From Promethearchaeota archaeon (lineage in GTDB: Archaea > Asgardarchaeota > Lokiarchaeia > Sigyniarchaeales > SOKP01), in NCBI GenBank assembly GCA_019058445.1, contig JAHPZA010000009.1, forward strand, positions 160,001 through 224,000: a stretch of DNA of 64,000 nucleotides. The letters are read 5' to 3'. Positions 1 to 10,301 of the stretch are shown piece after piece. The notes below the pieces were generated by a model. That model searched no databases. It was not told the origin of the DNA and saw nothing but the letters and a program-made list of their open reading frames with translations. Position 1 is the stretch's first letter. Each line of letters begins with the position of its first letter. The position numbers and the translations under genes are program-made.

Positions 1-2
1 TA

Positions 3-971
3 AACATCATCGATGATCCCTTAACTGAGGAGTTTATAGTAATGATTAAGAATGAAGGTTTTAATACAGCTTCATATAAAATTCAAAATCAATTATCTGA
101 GAAAGTATCTAAAGCTACTATCATATTCAGTATTAGCTCCCTTAATACTTATCAATGGGATTTAATAAGAAAATTTATGAAATGGGAAAAAGGAAATGAA
201 AAATTTACAAACTTATATGTGGGTAGTGAAATCGGTCCATTTGCATCCTCACTTGGAAATTATTCACTAGCTTGTTTGAATAAAATGTATGTATTTCCCT
301 TGACAATCCCAGTTGTAGAATACAAGGGAAAGTTAAGTTTAATCACCCAAGCTAAGAATAAGATCGGAAAATTATTAGTATCACGTCAAAATAATTCACA
401 TCCATTAATTAACATTGATACTGGAGATGTTATAGAAATTAAAAATCAGGAAAAAATTCCGATAATTAGAGGTGAAATATTTCGATCAGCCTTTCGTCTT
501 AAATATCCTATCAATATTTCAAAAAAAGTCAAATCATCTGAAAATATAAATGTATTTGCTGGAGATTTATTTACTTTAAGGGAATTTGATATATTTGCCC
601 CTCGATATTTGTTGGATTGCCTAATTAATGGATGTAAGATTCAAACAGATTCTTTATTATTAGTAGGGGTACAAGATAATCAGGTTCCTTGGGAGTTATT
701 CCTTCCTGCTAATGAAGAAATTAAATGCATAAATAATGAGGAGATTCTTAAAACAATAAAAACTTGCCCATACGAGGAACAAATTGAAAACGCGATTCAA
801 AATAATTATCTTAATATAACGATGATAGATGAGCAGCCAGTTGATTTTAAAGCTACACGATTAGGGATTTTGAAAAAAGTTCAAAAAGGGATTATTCCCA
901 AGGGAATATTAAAAAAGTGGGCATTATATGTAGTCTTACCTACATCAATTTCGGAGGAAAAAATTTTATAA
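3..971 (+). CDS. 5'-truncated protein, possibly ANL-superfamily (acyl-adenylate/LuxE/GH3-like)
   Basis: Frame is open from the window edge; YVGSEIG and DTGD resemble adenylate-forming enzyme motifs. Confidence 0.4.
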   Translation, partial: NIIDDPLTEEFIVMIKNEGFNTASYKIQNQLSEKVSKATIIFSISSLNTYQWDLIRKFMKWEKGNEKFTNLYVGSEIGPFASSLGNYSLACLNKMYVFPLTIPVVEYKGKLSLITQAKNKIGKLLVSRQNNSHPLINIDTGDVIEIKNQEKIPIIRGEIFRSAFRLKYPINISKKVKSSENINVFAGDLFTLREFDIFAPRYLLDCLINGCKIQTDSLLLVGVQDNQVPWELFLPANEEIKCINNEEILKTIKTCPYEEQIENAIQNNYLNITMIDEQPVDFKATRLGILKKVQKGIIPKGILKKWALYVVLPTSISEEKIL

Positions 972-1100
972 CTGATAATTTAAAATCATAATTTACATGA
1001 TTAATATTATATAGAGAGAAATCTAATCTTAATAACGTCAGTAAATATATACCCAATTATGTGGTGAATTAAAATAAATATTAGCCTGTATGATTTATCT

Positions 1101-1820
1101 ATGCATGATCTATTACAGGGAAGTTTTAGTTTAATTTATGTCGTTATCTCTTATATTTTAGGGGTTTTAATCCTTTTAAAATATTTTAAATTTAAAACGA
1201 GAGATTATATCTTCGTTGGACTTGCCTGGATGGGGATTTCCAATCCATGGATCGGAGATGCCATATCTTTTCTTATGATAATTTTTATAGGATCCACCTT
1301 GAATCCTTTAATTTATTTTATAGTTGCATATGCAATTATCCCATTTTTCATTTTATGTTGGTTAATCGCATTTACAGATTTATTATATCCTAATAAGCAG
1401 AAACTACTTTTAATTTTATATTTGATCTTTACTGCTATCTTCGAAATCCACTTTTTTTATTTACTATATACAGATATTTCGTCAATAGGAGTTTTTGTTG
1501 GCATTTTTCGAATACGTTGGAGTCTTTTAATGGAAATTTATTTCAGTCTTTTCATTCTTACAGCAATTATTTCGGGGATTTTGTTTGCTCAAGTTTCAAT
1601 TAAATCTCATAATCCAGAAGTTAGTTTAAAAGGTAAACTTATATTGGCAGCATTTATCTCATTCACAGCAGCGGCAGTTACTGAAGCATTCGGCCATTTA
1701 GATCCCTTAACTGTAGTTCTAACGAGAATCATCTTAATATCAAGCTCAATCGAATTTTATTTAGGTTTTATATTACCAAGAAGAATTAGAGATTTTTTTC
1801 TAAAAGAAGAAAAAGCATGA
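1101..1820 (+). CDS. Multi-pass (~7 TM) membrane protein, Lokiarchaeal expanded family
   Basis: About seven hydrophobic segments; C-terminal SSSIEFYLGF..P shared with 7444..8205. Confidence 0.7.
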   Translation: MHDLLQGSFSLIYVVISYILGVLILLKYFKFKTRDYIFVGLAWMGISNPWIGDAISFLMIIFIGSTLNPLIYFIVAYAIIPFFILCWLIAFTDLLYPNKQKLLLILYLIFTAIFEIHFFYLLYTDISSIGVFVGIFRIRWSLLMEIYFSLFILTAIISGILFAQVSIKSHNPEVSLKGKLILAAFISFTAAAVTEAFGHLDPLTVVLTRIILISSSIEFYLGFILPRRIRDFFLKEEKA

Positions 1821-1926
1821 TTTTTATAATTTAAAATCTAAAATTTTTTTTATTTCTAATTTCTTCCATAATTAACTTAATACATATCATTAAAATGTCA
1901 TTTTAAGTCAAAGGTGGCAAAAAAGT

Positions 1927-2202
1927 ATGGGAGAACAGAAAAAAGTGGGCCATGCTCAACATTTAAAGGCAGTAAATCACCCAATTAGACGAAAAATGTT
2001 GACTTTCATAAATGAAGTAGAAAAAATCTCAGAAAAAGACTTACTGGAGAAACTTAGTAATAATAATATTCTAGATGATGAGAATATGTTTCGATATAAC
2101 ATGGGTTTTCTAATACAAGCTCAATGTGTTGAAAAAATTGATGGTGAAAATGGCACCTCTTACAAAATTTTACCGGGCGGAAAGGTAATTGAAAATTTTT
2201 AA
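1927..2202 (+). CDS. ArsR-like winged-helix protein
   Basis: LKAVNHPIRRKML helix; paralog of the next gene. Confidence 0.75.
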   Translation: MGEQKKVGHAQHLKAVNHPIRRKMLTFINEVEKISEKDLLEKLSNNNILDDENMFRYNMGFLIQAQCVEKIDGENGTSYKILPGGKVIENF

Positions 2203-2267
2203 TTTCTTTTCTTTTTTTATAATTTTATAGACGTGAAGAAAAAATATTTTACCATATTTATCTTACC

Positions 2268-2603
2268 ATGCCAGATGAGTTTGAATTTCGAGAATATAAA
2301 TCATTAGAGGACTATATGAAAACCTTAGAGGGCTCAACTTATTACCATGGCTTATTATTAAGAGCAGTGAATCATCCCATTCGAAAAGAAATTTTAAAAA
2401 TAGTAAATAGGCAAAAAAGAATAACTCATACTGAATTATTTTTAGAATTAAAAAAAGAAAATATATTAGATGATGAAAATGTTCTGAATTATAATCTAGA
2501 TTATCTTATTAAAGCACTCTGTATCAATGTGATAAAATACGAAGCTAGTGGTCAACTCATTTATGAAATTACCCAAAGCGGACAAGTTGTAGATTGGCTT
2601 TGA
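2268..2603 (+). CDS. ArsR-like winged-helix protein (tandem paralog)
   Basis: LRAVNHPIRKEIL and ILDDENVLNYNL match 1927..2202. Confidence 0.75.
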   Translation: MPDEFEFREYKSLEDYMKTLEGSTYYHGLLLRAVNHPIRKEILKIVNRQKRITHTELFLELKKENILDDENVLNYNLDYLIKALCINVIKYEASGQLIYEITQSGQVVDWL

Positions 2604-2873
2604 AGGAAGTGTGTAATTGATCTAGATGATTCAACAGATATTTTTAAAGCGAAAGAAGTTCTTGGAGACATATTCTGCATCTCTGGTAATGTTATGGAGA
2701 GGCTTCTTACATTTGGTACTCCTCAAAAAGTTGAGGATTATTCTAAAAAATTAATTGATATTGTCGGAGAGGGAGGAGGATTTGTTTTAAAAGGAGAGGC
2801 TCCAAGAGAAGCAAAAGCTGAAAATATTAAAGCTATGGTTAATGTGGCAAAAAATTGTAGAGCTGATACATAA
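2604..2873 (+). pseudogene. C-terminal fragment of a uroporphyrinogen decarboxylase/MtaA-like protein
   Basis: Translates KCVIDLDDSTDIFKAKEVLGDIFCISGNV...GTPQKVEDYSKKLIDIVGEGGGFVL...ENIKAM; N-terminal part absent. Confidence 0.75.
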
Positions 2874-3069
2874 TTTTTAAATCTTATTGAAAAGTTTTAA
2901 TGATAGACTTCAAATCAAATAATTTTTAATAGTAGCTAAATAATTAATTACTAATTTTTTCTAATTTTTACTCAGGATTACTTAATCTTTATAGATAGTT
3001 TTATATTAAAATAAGTTTCAAGATATAATTAAAACACTTCATTTAAAAACCAAATATATTTGATGTATT

Positions 3070-4470
3070 ATGAATGAGAGGAAAGAAGGATCATTAGAAG
3101 GATATTCAACGAAATTCGCTGTTTTTTATTCCTTCGGGCAATTGAGTGATGTAATCGGATACCAAATGTTTGTGTTTCTAATTTTCACATTTTATTACGC
3201 TGTTGTTGGATTAAATATCAATTTAATATCAATTGGATTTATTATCTGGAGCATTTGGAACGCGATTAATGATCCCATGATTGGAACTCTTTCAGATCGC
3301 ACAAATACAAGATGGGGTAGAAGAAAACCATATGTCCTTATTGGATTTATTCCCTACTGCATTATTACAGTTCTTCTCTGGACACCCCCAATAGACGCGG
3401 AAGTTCTAACTTTTATCTATTTTATAATAACCATACTTTTATTTGATACTATTTATACCTCATATTCTATGGGACAGGCAAGCATGTTTCCAGAGCTTTT
3501 TAAAAATGAAGAAGAACGAACTAAAGCAAATAACATTCGGCAAATTTTTACTATTATTGGTTTAATTGCGGCATTTGTAATGCCAACTTTCTTTATTCCT
3601 AAGCTTGATAGCCCTAAATATTTTTTGAATTACAGATATGCGGGAATGTTTGCGGCATTTTTAATATTTATTTTTGGCCTAACTTTTATTAAATTTGGAA
3701 CAAAAATACCTGCGGAATTTACAGAAGATTACAAGACAGCTCCTCCCTTTTTTAAATCATTAAAAACATCTTTGAAAAATAAATCGTTCAGATGGTACGT
3801 AATTATACATTTTACGAACTGGTATGTTTATTCAATGCTTCCTACTATTTTCCCACTTTACGGTAGTTTTGTGTTAGGGATTAAAGAAGGAGAATCTATA
3901 TTGATTGGATTGTTGTTAGCTTTGACATTTATATCTGCTGTTTTTTTTATGCTCATATGGCGTACTATTGGGCTAAAATTGGGAGTGAAAAAAGGGATAA
4001 TGATTTCTCAAACGGTTTTCATTTTAGCTTTATTGCCCTATATGTGGATATCAAGTTTCACTGAGGCTTTATTAGTATCTTTTCTTGTCGGACTCGGTCT
4101 TTCCGGCTCATTACTTTATTTAGATATTCTCATTGCTTCAGTTATGGATGAAGATGAATTAAATACAGGTGTAAGAAGGACTGGAGGAATTTATGGGATT
4201 AGCACATTCATTTTGAGATATGCTTCAATATTTATGATCCTTTCTATTAGTCTTGTATTCAATTCAGTAGGGTGGGCGGTTTTTGATCCAAAAGGGGCAT
4301 CCCAAGAAACCATATTTGGTCTTAGGCTTTTAATGTTTGCATTTCCAGCAACAGCATTATTTATAGGGATATTAGCTACGATTAAGTTTCCTATTTCCAA
4401 AGACAGATATACTGAAATAAAACAAAAATTGGAAAAATTACATCAAGAAAAAAGAGAGAAAACAGCTTAA
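3070..4470 (+). CDS. MFS transporter, GPH (glycoside-pentoside-hexuronide) family
   Basis: NDPMIGTLSDRTNTRWGRRKPY motif, about 12 TM, DEDELNTGVRR. Confidence 0.9.
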   Translation: MNERKEGSLEGYSTKFAVFYSFGQLSDVIGYQMFVFLIFTFYYAVVGLNINLISIGFIIWSIWNAINDPMIGTLSDRTNTRWGRRKPYVLIGFIPYCIITVLLWTPPIDAEVLTFIYFIITILLFDTIYTSYSMGQASMFPELFKNEEERTKANNIRQIFTIIGLIAAFVMPTFFIPKLDSPKYFLNYRYAGMFAAFLIFIFGLTFIKFGTKIPAEFTEDYKTAPPFFKSLKTSLKNKSFRWYVIIHFTNWYVYSMLPTIFPLYGSFVLGIKEGESILIGLLLALTFISAVFFMLIWRTIGLKLGVKKGIMISQTVFILALLPYMWISSFTEALLVSFLVGLGLSGSLLYLDILIASVMDEDELNTGVRRTGGIYGISTFILRYASIFMILSISLVFNSVGWAVFDPKGASQETIFGLRLLMFAFPATALFIGILATIKFPISKDRYTEIKQKLEKLHQEKREKTA

Positions 4471-4538
4471 TAATGAAAATTTAATATCAATTCTTTTTGT
4501 TTTCTTTATTATATTATATAACTTTGTAATATTGTGGT

Positions 4539-7115
4539 TTAAATCATTGAATGTTCAGTTCGGGATATTACTTCATCTTGAATTTCTTTTCCTAAATCAA
4601 CAAAGTATGCACTATAGCCCCCAACCTTAACGATAACATTTCTATATTTTTCGCGATCTTTTTGAGCTGCCAATAAAACTTCTTTAGAAACCACAGTGGG
4701 CTGAAGTTGTTCCCCTCCTAGTTCGAAGTATGTTTTTATCAATGAGATCCATTTATTCTTCGCCTCCTCCGTTTTTCCAATTCCAGAGGGATGCATTCGA
4801 ATATTCACGGCACAACCACAGACATGCTCAAAGTCAAGTGCTGCAACGGATCTTAAAACGCCAGTTACGCCATTCTCTTCTACATTATATGGATTACAAC
4901 TAGATGCTAATGGTTTTCCTGCTAATCTACCATCTGGAGTTGCTAATGATACCCTGCCCACATATGTATGACTTGTCATGCTAATGATAAATGGAGCATA
5001 AATGCCGTCCTTATATGTCTTGTACTTATATGTTTCTTCAAACATGCGAGATGTAACTTCTCTGGAGAGTTCATCGCATTCTGGATTTCCATTTCCCCAT
5101 TTACCATCAAGATCTAGGATTAACTGGTGAATCCATTCATACCCGTGTGTAAAATTATTATCAATCGCATCAACAAGCTCTTTCAATGAAAATTTTCTTT
5201 GTTCAAAAACTAATTTTTTTATCACGTACAAAGAATCAATAACATTAGCAATGCTAGCCAAAAAGAGGATACCTTCGCAATCGTAGATTGCTCCTCCTTG
5301 AGTCACATCCTTTCTATTTTCCAAACACCCTTGAACAAATGCAGATAAAAATGGTGAAGGCAAGAATTTAGCGTATATTTCATCTCTAATTTTTGTTGCG
5401 TCTACTATATGTTGGATAACATAATCCGATTGTTTATAAAAGGCTTGAAGGAACTCTTCAAATGTTTTAAATGATTCTGGTTCACCCGTTTTCGGACCGA
5501 TATCTTTTATAGGTCCTACTAAAGTCTTTGAATTCCCATTTCGTAGCGCAGTATCAAGTGTATTACATAATAATATTGCAGAGAAACCAATTCCCCCTGT
5601 CTTACCAGGAGTTGCCATGTCGACGCAGCCCGTGATGCAATATCCCTGAGCATCTTCTTCACTAACTCCTCGCTTAATTAACGCTTTTTTTCCAATATTA
5701 TCATTTAACATTGAGAGACTTGATACTCCCTTATATTGAAGGTCAGCAATTTTTAAATATAATTCATCTGGTGTTTCATCATGTAATCTTACTGCAAAGT
5801 TTAGGCAAGCCCTTGAACGTTCAACTGCGTCTAAAAGAAGATATGTCAATTTATTTGTGGCATCTTCTCCTGATTCCGTAAGCCCTCCTAACGTAACTGG
5901 TTCAGAGCCCTCATAACGTTGACTAAATTCTGAAAGAGCATCTGGATACGGACGTACATTATGACTCATTATTTTTAATATTAATTCTTCCAATAATTCA
6001 CGTGCTTCTTCAGGAGTAATTCTTCCTTCTTCCATATCACGTTTATAATAAGGGTAAAAGATTTGATCGAGACGACCAGGTCCATGAACATTAAAAGGAA
6101 GGGCTAAATCAACCGCAACTTTGAGAATCCAATATAGTTGTACAGCTTCTTGGAATGTTTTGGCAGGTTTTGATTTTACATTATTACATGCATCATACAT
6201 TTTAGATAATATAGCTTTTCTTATCGGATCATTGGTATTTTTAATTTCTTCCTTAAGTTTTTCAGTCAATCTCTTCCCGTATATCATTATCCCTTCCAGA
6301 GCTGTATCAAGGGAGGTTAAAAAATCTAGTTGTTCTGGTTTTAAATTATCATTCTTCTTGATTTCTTCCTGTACTTCTTCTCGCATGCCTAAAAATCCTT
6401 TTTGGATGGCAGTCTCATGGTCAAGAATTATATGTCCTTGCCAGCCCCCTATGACTGCATTATTTGAGATTATTGGTTGGTTTTGAGATTTTGTTATTGG
6501 TACATGACTAATGAAATCATAAAATTCACCTTTATAGATTTTTTTTTCTAAAAAAGTTTTCTCAATTAGTTCGGAAATCGTTTTTCCTTTCCAATAGGGA
6601 AATAACTCATTTAGAAGCATTTCTTTATCCTCTTCTTTTATTTGAAATGGATTTATCCTTCTTTGATCTAAAGGATGGCTTCCCATGGTTGGTATAGCAG
6701 CGCCCATCTCTTTTATCTCTTCTATATATTTAATAAGATCTATTCCTTTTTTATTCATATATTCTATAAAGGATTTGTTAAATTCCTTTTCAAATTTTCT
6801 CATGGCTTTTTTATCAATTTCAGTCTCGAGTATTTTGTTCCATATACCACGCTCTATATCAATAGGTATACCAAGGAAGCTTTCTGTCCATTTTCCCGCA
6901 ATACGATCATCAGGATTTATATAGATTTGCATCTTTTCATAAACATTTTTCATAGATAAAGCTATTCTAACACCAACAGATAAATTACTTCCCTCAGTTT
7001 CAGACCACTTTTCAGTGTAATATTTGGCTCTTTCAACAGAAATTAATGTCTTATCATCAAGAAACCTTCTACGAATATTTTTAATTCTTTCACTCGCATT
7101 ATCTATAATTTCCAT
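4539..7115 (-). CDS. Glycyl radical enzyme (PFL2/glycerol dehydratase-like superfamily)
   Basis: GRLDQ, ITGCVD Cys loop, ATPDGR, C-terminal VKVGGYSAYF glycyl loop. Confidence 0.92.
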   Translation of the reverse strand: MEIIDNASERIKNIRRRFLDDKTLISVERAKYYTEKWSETEGSNLSVGVRIALSMKNVYEKMQIYINPDDRIAGKWTESFLGIPIDIERGIWNKILETEIDKKAMRKFEKEFNKSFIEYMNKKGIDLIKYIEEIKEMGAAIPTMGSHPLDQRRINPFQIKEEDKEMLLNELFPYWKGKTISELIEKTFLEKKIYKGEFYDFISHVPITKSQNQPIISNNAVIGGWQGHIILDHETAIQKGFLGMREEVQEEIKKNDNLKPEQLDFLTSLDTALEGIMIYGKRLTEKLKEEIKNTNDPIRKAILSKMYDACNNVKSKPAKTFQEAVQLYWILKVAVDLALPFNVHGPGRLDQIFYPYYKRDMEEGRITPEEARELLEELILKIMSHNVRPYPDALSEFSQRYEGSEPVTLGGLTESGEDATNKLTYLLLDAVERSRACLNFAVRLHDETPDELYLKIADLQYKGVSSLSMLNDNIGKKALIKRGVSEEDAQGYCITGCVDMATPGKTGGIGFSAILLCNTLDTALRNGNSKTLVGPIKDIGPKTGEPESFKTFEEFLQAFYKQSDYVIQHIVDATKIRDEIYAKFLPSPFLSAFVQGCLENRKDVTQGGAIYDCEGILFLASIANVIDSLYVIKKLVFEQRKFSLKELVDAIDNNFTHGYEWIHQLILDLDGKWGNGNPECDELSREVTSRMFEETYKYKTYKDGIYAPFIISMTSHTYVGRVSLATPDGRLAGKPLASSCNPYNVEENGVTGVLRSVAALDFEHVCGCAVNIRMHPSGIGKTEEAKNKWISLIKTYFELGGEQLQPTVVSKEVLLAAQKDREKYRNVIVKVGGYSAYFVDLGKEIQDEVISRTEHSMI

Positions 7116-7443
7116 ATATCAATCACCCATCAAAATTTGTTTTTACTAATATATGTATATTATGATAAATAATGCATATTACAATATTTAAACGTTTGGA
7201 ATAATTGCGATTTATCAAACATTAGAAATCTACTGATATATTTATATATAATGATGATTAATCTTCTAATTAAAATTGAAGTTAATTGTGTTAATGAGAG
7301 AAAATTTTATTAGATATATAAGAGAAAGCAATGAAGATCTTTTTAAATAATAATCTATAAATTTATTGGTTATTAATATGAAAATATTTGTTATATGTTG
7401 ATTGAATTATATATTTTTTTAAAATAAATGAGTATAGTAAAAA

Positions 7444-8205
7444 ATGGGCATAGAAGAAATATCTCAAATTGAATTAACTATTGTATTTTTTGACATAATT
7501 TTTGTAATAATTTCAACAATTATATCAATTAAAACAATTCTTAAATATTTTGGTTTAAGGAAAAAAGTTTTCTTAACAGCTGGATTTACTTGGCTCTCTC
7601 TTAGTACTACATATTGGTCAACTTCACTGGCTTGTTTTTACCATCTTTTGTTTGAAAGACCCATTAATTCTCAATTTTATATTGTCGTAAATAATGTTCA
7701 AACTGGGTTTATACTAATGTTTTGGATATATACGTTTTGTCTCCTAATCTACCCAGAGAGAAAAAAAGCAATACTCATACCATTTTTTACAATAACTATT
7801 ATTTTAGAGACTATTCTGATAGTCTTAATTATTGTAGCTCCTTACTATGTTGCTACGACTACAGGCTATTGTATGATAAAACCTGAAATATATTCTATTA
7901 TATTCAAATTTTTTGTTCTTATTGTGATTTTTATTTCTATCGTTATTTTTTATAGAGAATCAATGAAATCTGAAAAGCCAGAAATTCGATGGAAGGCAAG
8001 TTTTTTACTACTAGCGATGATATCTTATGGTATTAGTTTATTTGAGATTGTATATGTCGGTTTTTTCATTGAATCAATAACAATTATTACTCTTATAGTG
8101 ATAATCATATTTAGATTTTTCTTAATATCGAGTGCCATTGAATTTTATCTTGGTTTTTTTTTACCAAATAAAATAGCAAAATGGATAATAAAAGAGGAAG
8201 AATAA
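7444..8205 (+). CDS. Multi-pass (~7 TM) membrane protein
   Basis: Hydrophobic segments; paralog of 1101..1820. Confidence 0.7.
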   Translation: MGIEEISQIELTIVFFDIIFVIISTIISIKTILKYFGLRKKVFLTAGFTWLSLSTTYWSTSLACFYHLLFERPINSQFYIVVNNVQTGFILMFWIYTFCLLIYPERKKAILIPFFTITIILETILIVLIIVAPYYVATTTGYCMIKPEIYSIIFKFFVLIVIFISIVIFYRESMKSEKPEIRWKASFLLLAMISYGISLFEIVYVGFFIESITIITLIVIIIFRFFLISSAIEFYLGFFLPNKIAKWIIKEEE

Positions 8206-8396
8206 TTTAATCAGGTTCTATAATTATTTTATAGTTAATTTAACAATAAAGATTTCAAATGTTCAAACCATAGAAGTAATTTATAAATTATTAATTATTT
8301 TTTAAAACTTTAATCAACCAATATAAGCTTGAAATTAAAAGGTTCTAAGAAAATTAGTAGCTAATTTGAAATTAAATAAAAAAATATTATAAAAAA

Positions 8397-9110
8397 ATGA
8401 CTGATATCGAAAAATTAATGGAAAAATTAAAGAAACGAATTGAATTCATGAAACTATTATCTAGCGTTCCTAAACTACGTATTTTGTTATTGCTTCTTAT
8501 ATTTCGAAAATTAAGCCTTGCTCAGCTAAGTAAGTTATTAGGAAGGACTAAGGCGACAGTAACTCATCATATTAAGAAATTTGAAACCTCCGGAATTATA
8601 AAAACCTCGAGAAAGGAAGCTCGTGGTTCCATTGATGCAAAACTTTATGAACTAGATCCTGATTTCTTTGAATTAGTAGAATTGAGTTTTGATAAGTTTC
8701 AGTCACTCGAACAAAATGAAAGTAGAGAATTATTACATTATGTGCTTTTGAGAGATAAATGGATGTTTGAAGTTTTTAGAAATATTCTAAATTTTGCTAA
8801 TCGATTTTATCAAGAGATTGATGAGAGGTTCTTAACAGATAATTCAGATTTTATTAAACAAACTAAAGATTTTTATTTTAAGAGTCCTGTCGATTATGAT
8901 ATTTGGTTTCTCACTGAAGATGGAAAAAAATCTTATGATAAAGCTGTTATCCAATTTAAAGAACGAATTAATAAAATTGTTGAGGACGATACTAAAAAAG
9001 GAAAATTAGTTGTAAGACCATATTGTATTCTTAATCTTGTTCTTCCTCTCAAAAAATTATCTGAGTTTGATCTTGAAAGAAAGAGAATAATGGATTTTTT
9101 AGGAAGTTAA
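8397..9110 (+). CDS. ArsR-family transcriptional regulator with C-terminal extension
   Basis: LSLAQLSKLLGRTKATVTHHIKKFETSGII HTH. Confidence 0.85.
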   Translation: MTDIEKLMEKLKKRIEFMKLLSSVPKLRILLLLLIFRKLSLAQLSKLLGRTKATVTHHIKKFETSGIIKTSRKEARGSIDAKLYELDPDFFELVELSFDKFQSLEQNESRELLHYVLLRDKWMFEVFRNILNFANRFYQEIDERFLTDNSDFIKQTKDFYFKSPVDYDIWFLTEDGKKSYDKAVIQFKERINKIVEDDTKKGKLVVRPYCILNLVLPLKKLSEFDLERKRIMDFLGS

Positions 9111-9237
9111 TTATATTATAATGATTTTAAATTTCCAACATTAAATCAGTTCGATTTAAATTATAATCGGATTATTGTAGGATTTATTTTACTATTTTAG
9201 GATTAAAATTAAGTATTTAAATGGAAGAATTTGTGTT

Positions 9238-10146
9238 TTAACGATTACAAACGACTTGAAAATTATATTGCTCAAATGTTTTAGTAATTTCTTCTAATTC
9301 TTCTTCAGTTAAATCTCCCATATCTTTATATAAGTGCCCTTTGCCCACTTTCTCATATTTCGTTTTCGCCATTTTATTATATGGCATTAAATGAACTGAA
9401 CCAGAATAATGGATTTTTTTTAAAAAATTTGCGATACCTTCAATAGTTTTAAGATCGGTATTAACGCCAGGAATAATGGGAATACGTGCGATAATTCTAT
9501 TACTTCCCACCTTGGAGTGAATTTTAGCAAAATTATTTAGGATTTTTTCATTAGAAACAAATGTGAATTTCTTATGTTCATATGAGTCAGGATGTTTTAT
9601 ATCGAATAGAAATAGATCAACTAAATTAACAAGATTTTCAATAAGATCTTCTTTAAAAAATCCACAAGTTTCTATTGCGGTATGAATTCCTTTCTGTTTA
9701 AACGATTTGAGAAGTTCTAATAGAAATTTTGATTGGAAGGTCGGTTCTCCTCCCGAAATGGTGATACCTCCCCCAGATGTTTCATAAAATGGTTTATCTA
9801 GTTCTGCTATATTCACAACTTTATCAACCAACATTGATTTCCCTATTAGCTGCATAACTTCATTCGGACAAGCTTCTACGCAATTTGCACATAAAGAACA
9901 TAAATCCTTATCTTTTATAACTCCATTAACTGTTAATTTAAGTGCTTTATTAGGACATGCTTCCACGCATAACCCACATTTTTTACATTTTTCTTTAAAA
10001 TATGAAATTTCTGGTTTTAACTCCTGAGATTCGGGATTATGACACCATAAACAGCGTAAAGGACAACCTTTTAGGAATATGATAGTGCGGATTCCAGGAC
10101 CATCATAAACAGCATAATGTTGAATATCGAATACTATTCCTTCCAT
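9238..10146 (-). CDS. Glycyl-radical enzyme activating enzyme (radical SAM with ferredoxin insert)
   Basis: DGPGIRT, GCPLRCLWCHNPE, two CxxCxxCxxxCP motifs, SGGEP. Confidence 0.95.
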   Translation of the reverse strand: MEGIVFDIQHYAVYDGPGIRTIIFLKGCPLRCLWCHNPESQELKPEISYFKEKCKKCGLCVEACPNKALKLTVNGVIKDKDLCSLCANCVEACPNEVMQLIGKSMLVDKVVNIAELDKPFYETSGGGITISGGEPTFQSKFLLELLKSFKQKGIHTAIETCGFFKEDLIENLVNLVDLFLFDIKHPDSYEHKKFTFVSNEKILNNFAKIHSKVGSNRIIARIPIIPGVNTDLKTIEGIANFLKKIHYSGSVHLMPYNKMAKTKYEKVGKGHLYKDMGDLTEEELEEITKTFEQYNFQVVCNR

Positions 10147-10301
10147 CGGACTTTCTTGTTAATTGTTATTAATTAAGTATTTCTAAAATTTCTAATGTAA
10201 TATTAATTAAATGAAATTTGATAAAAAAAAATGAATCTTCAATGAAAAATTATTCTTTTTAATTAAAAAATTAGGTTGATTAATAATAATATCTGGATTT
10301 T

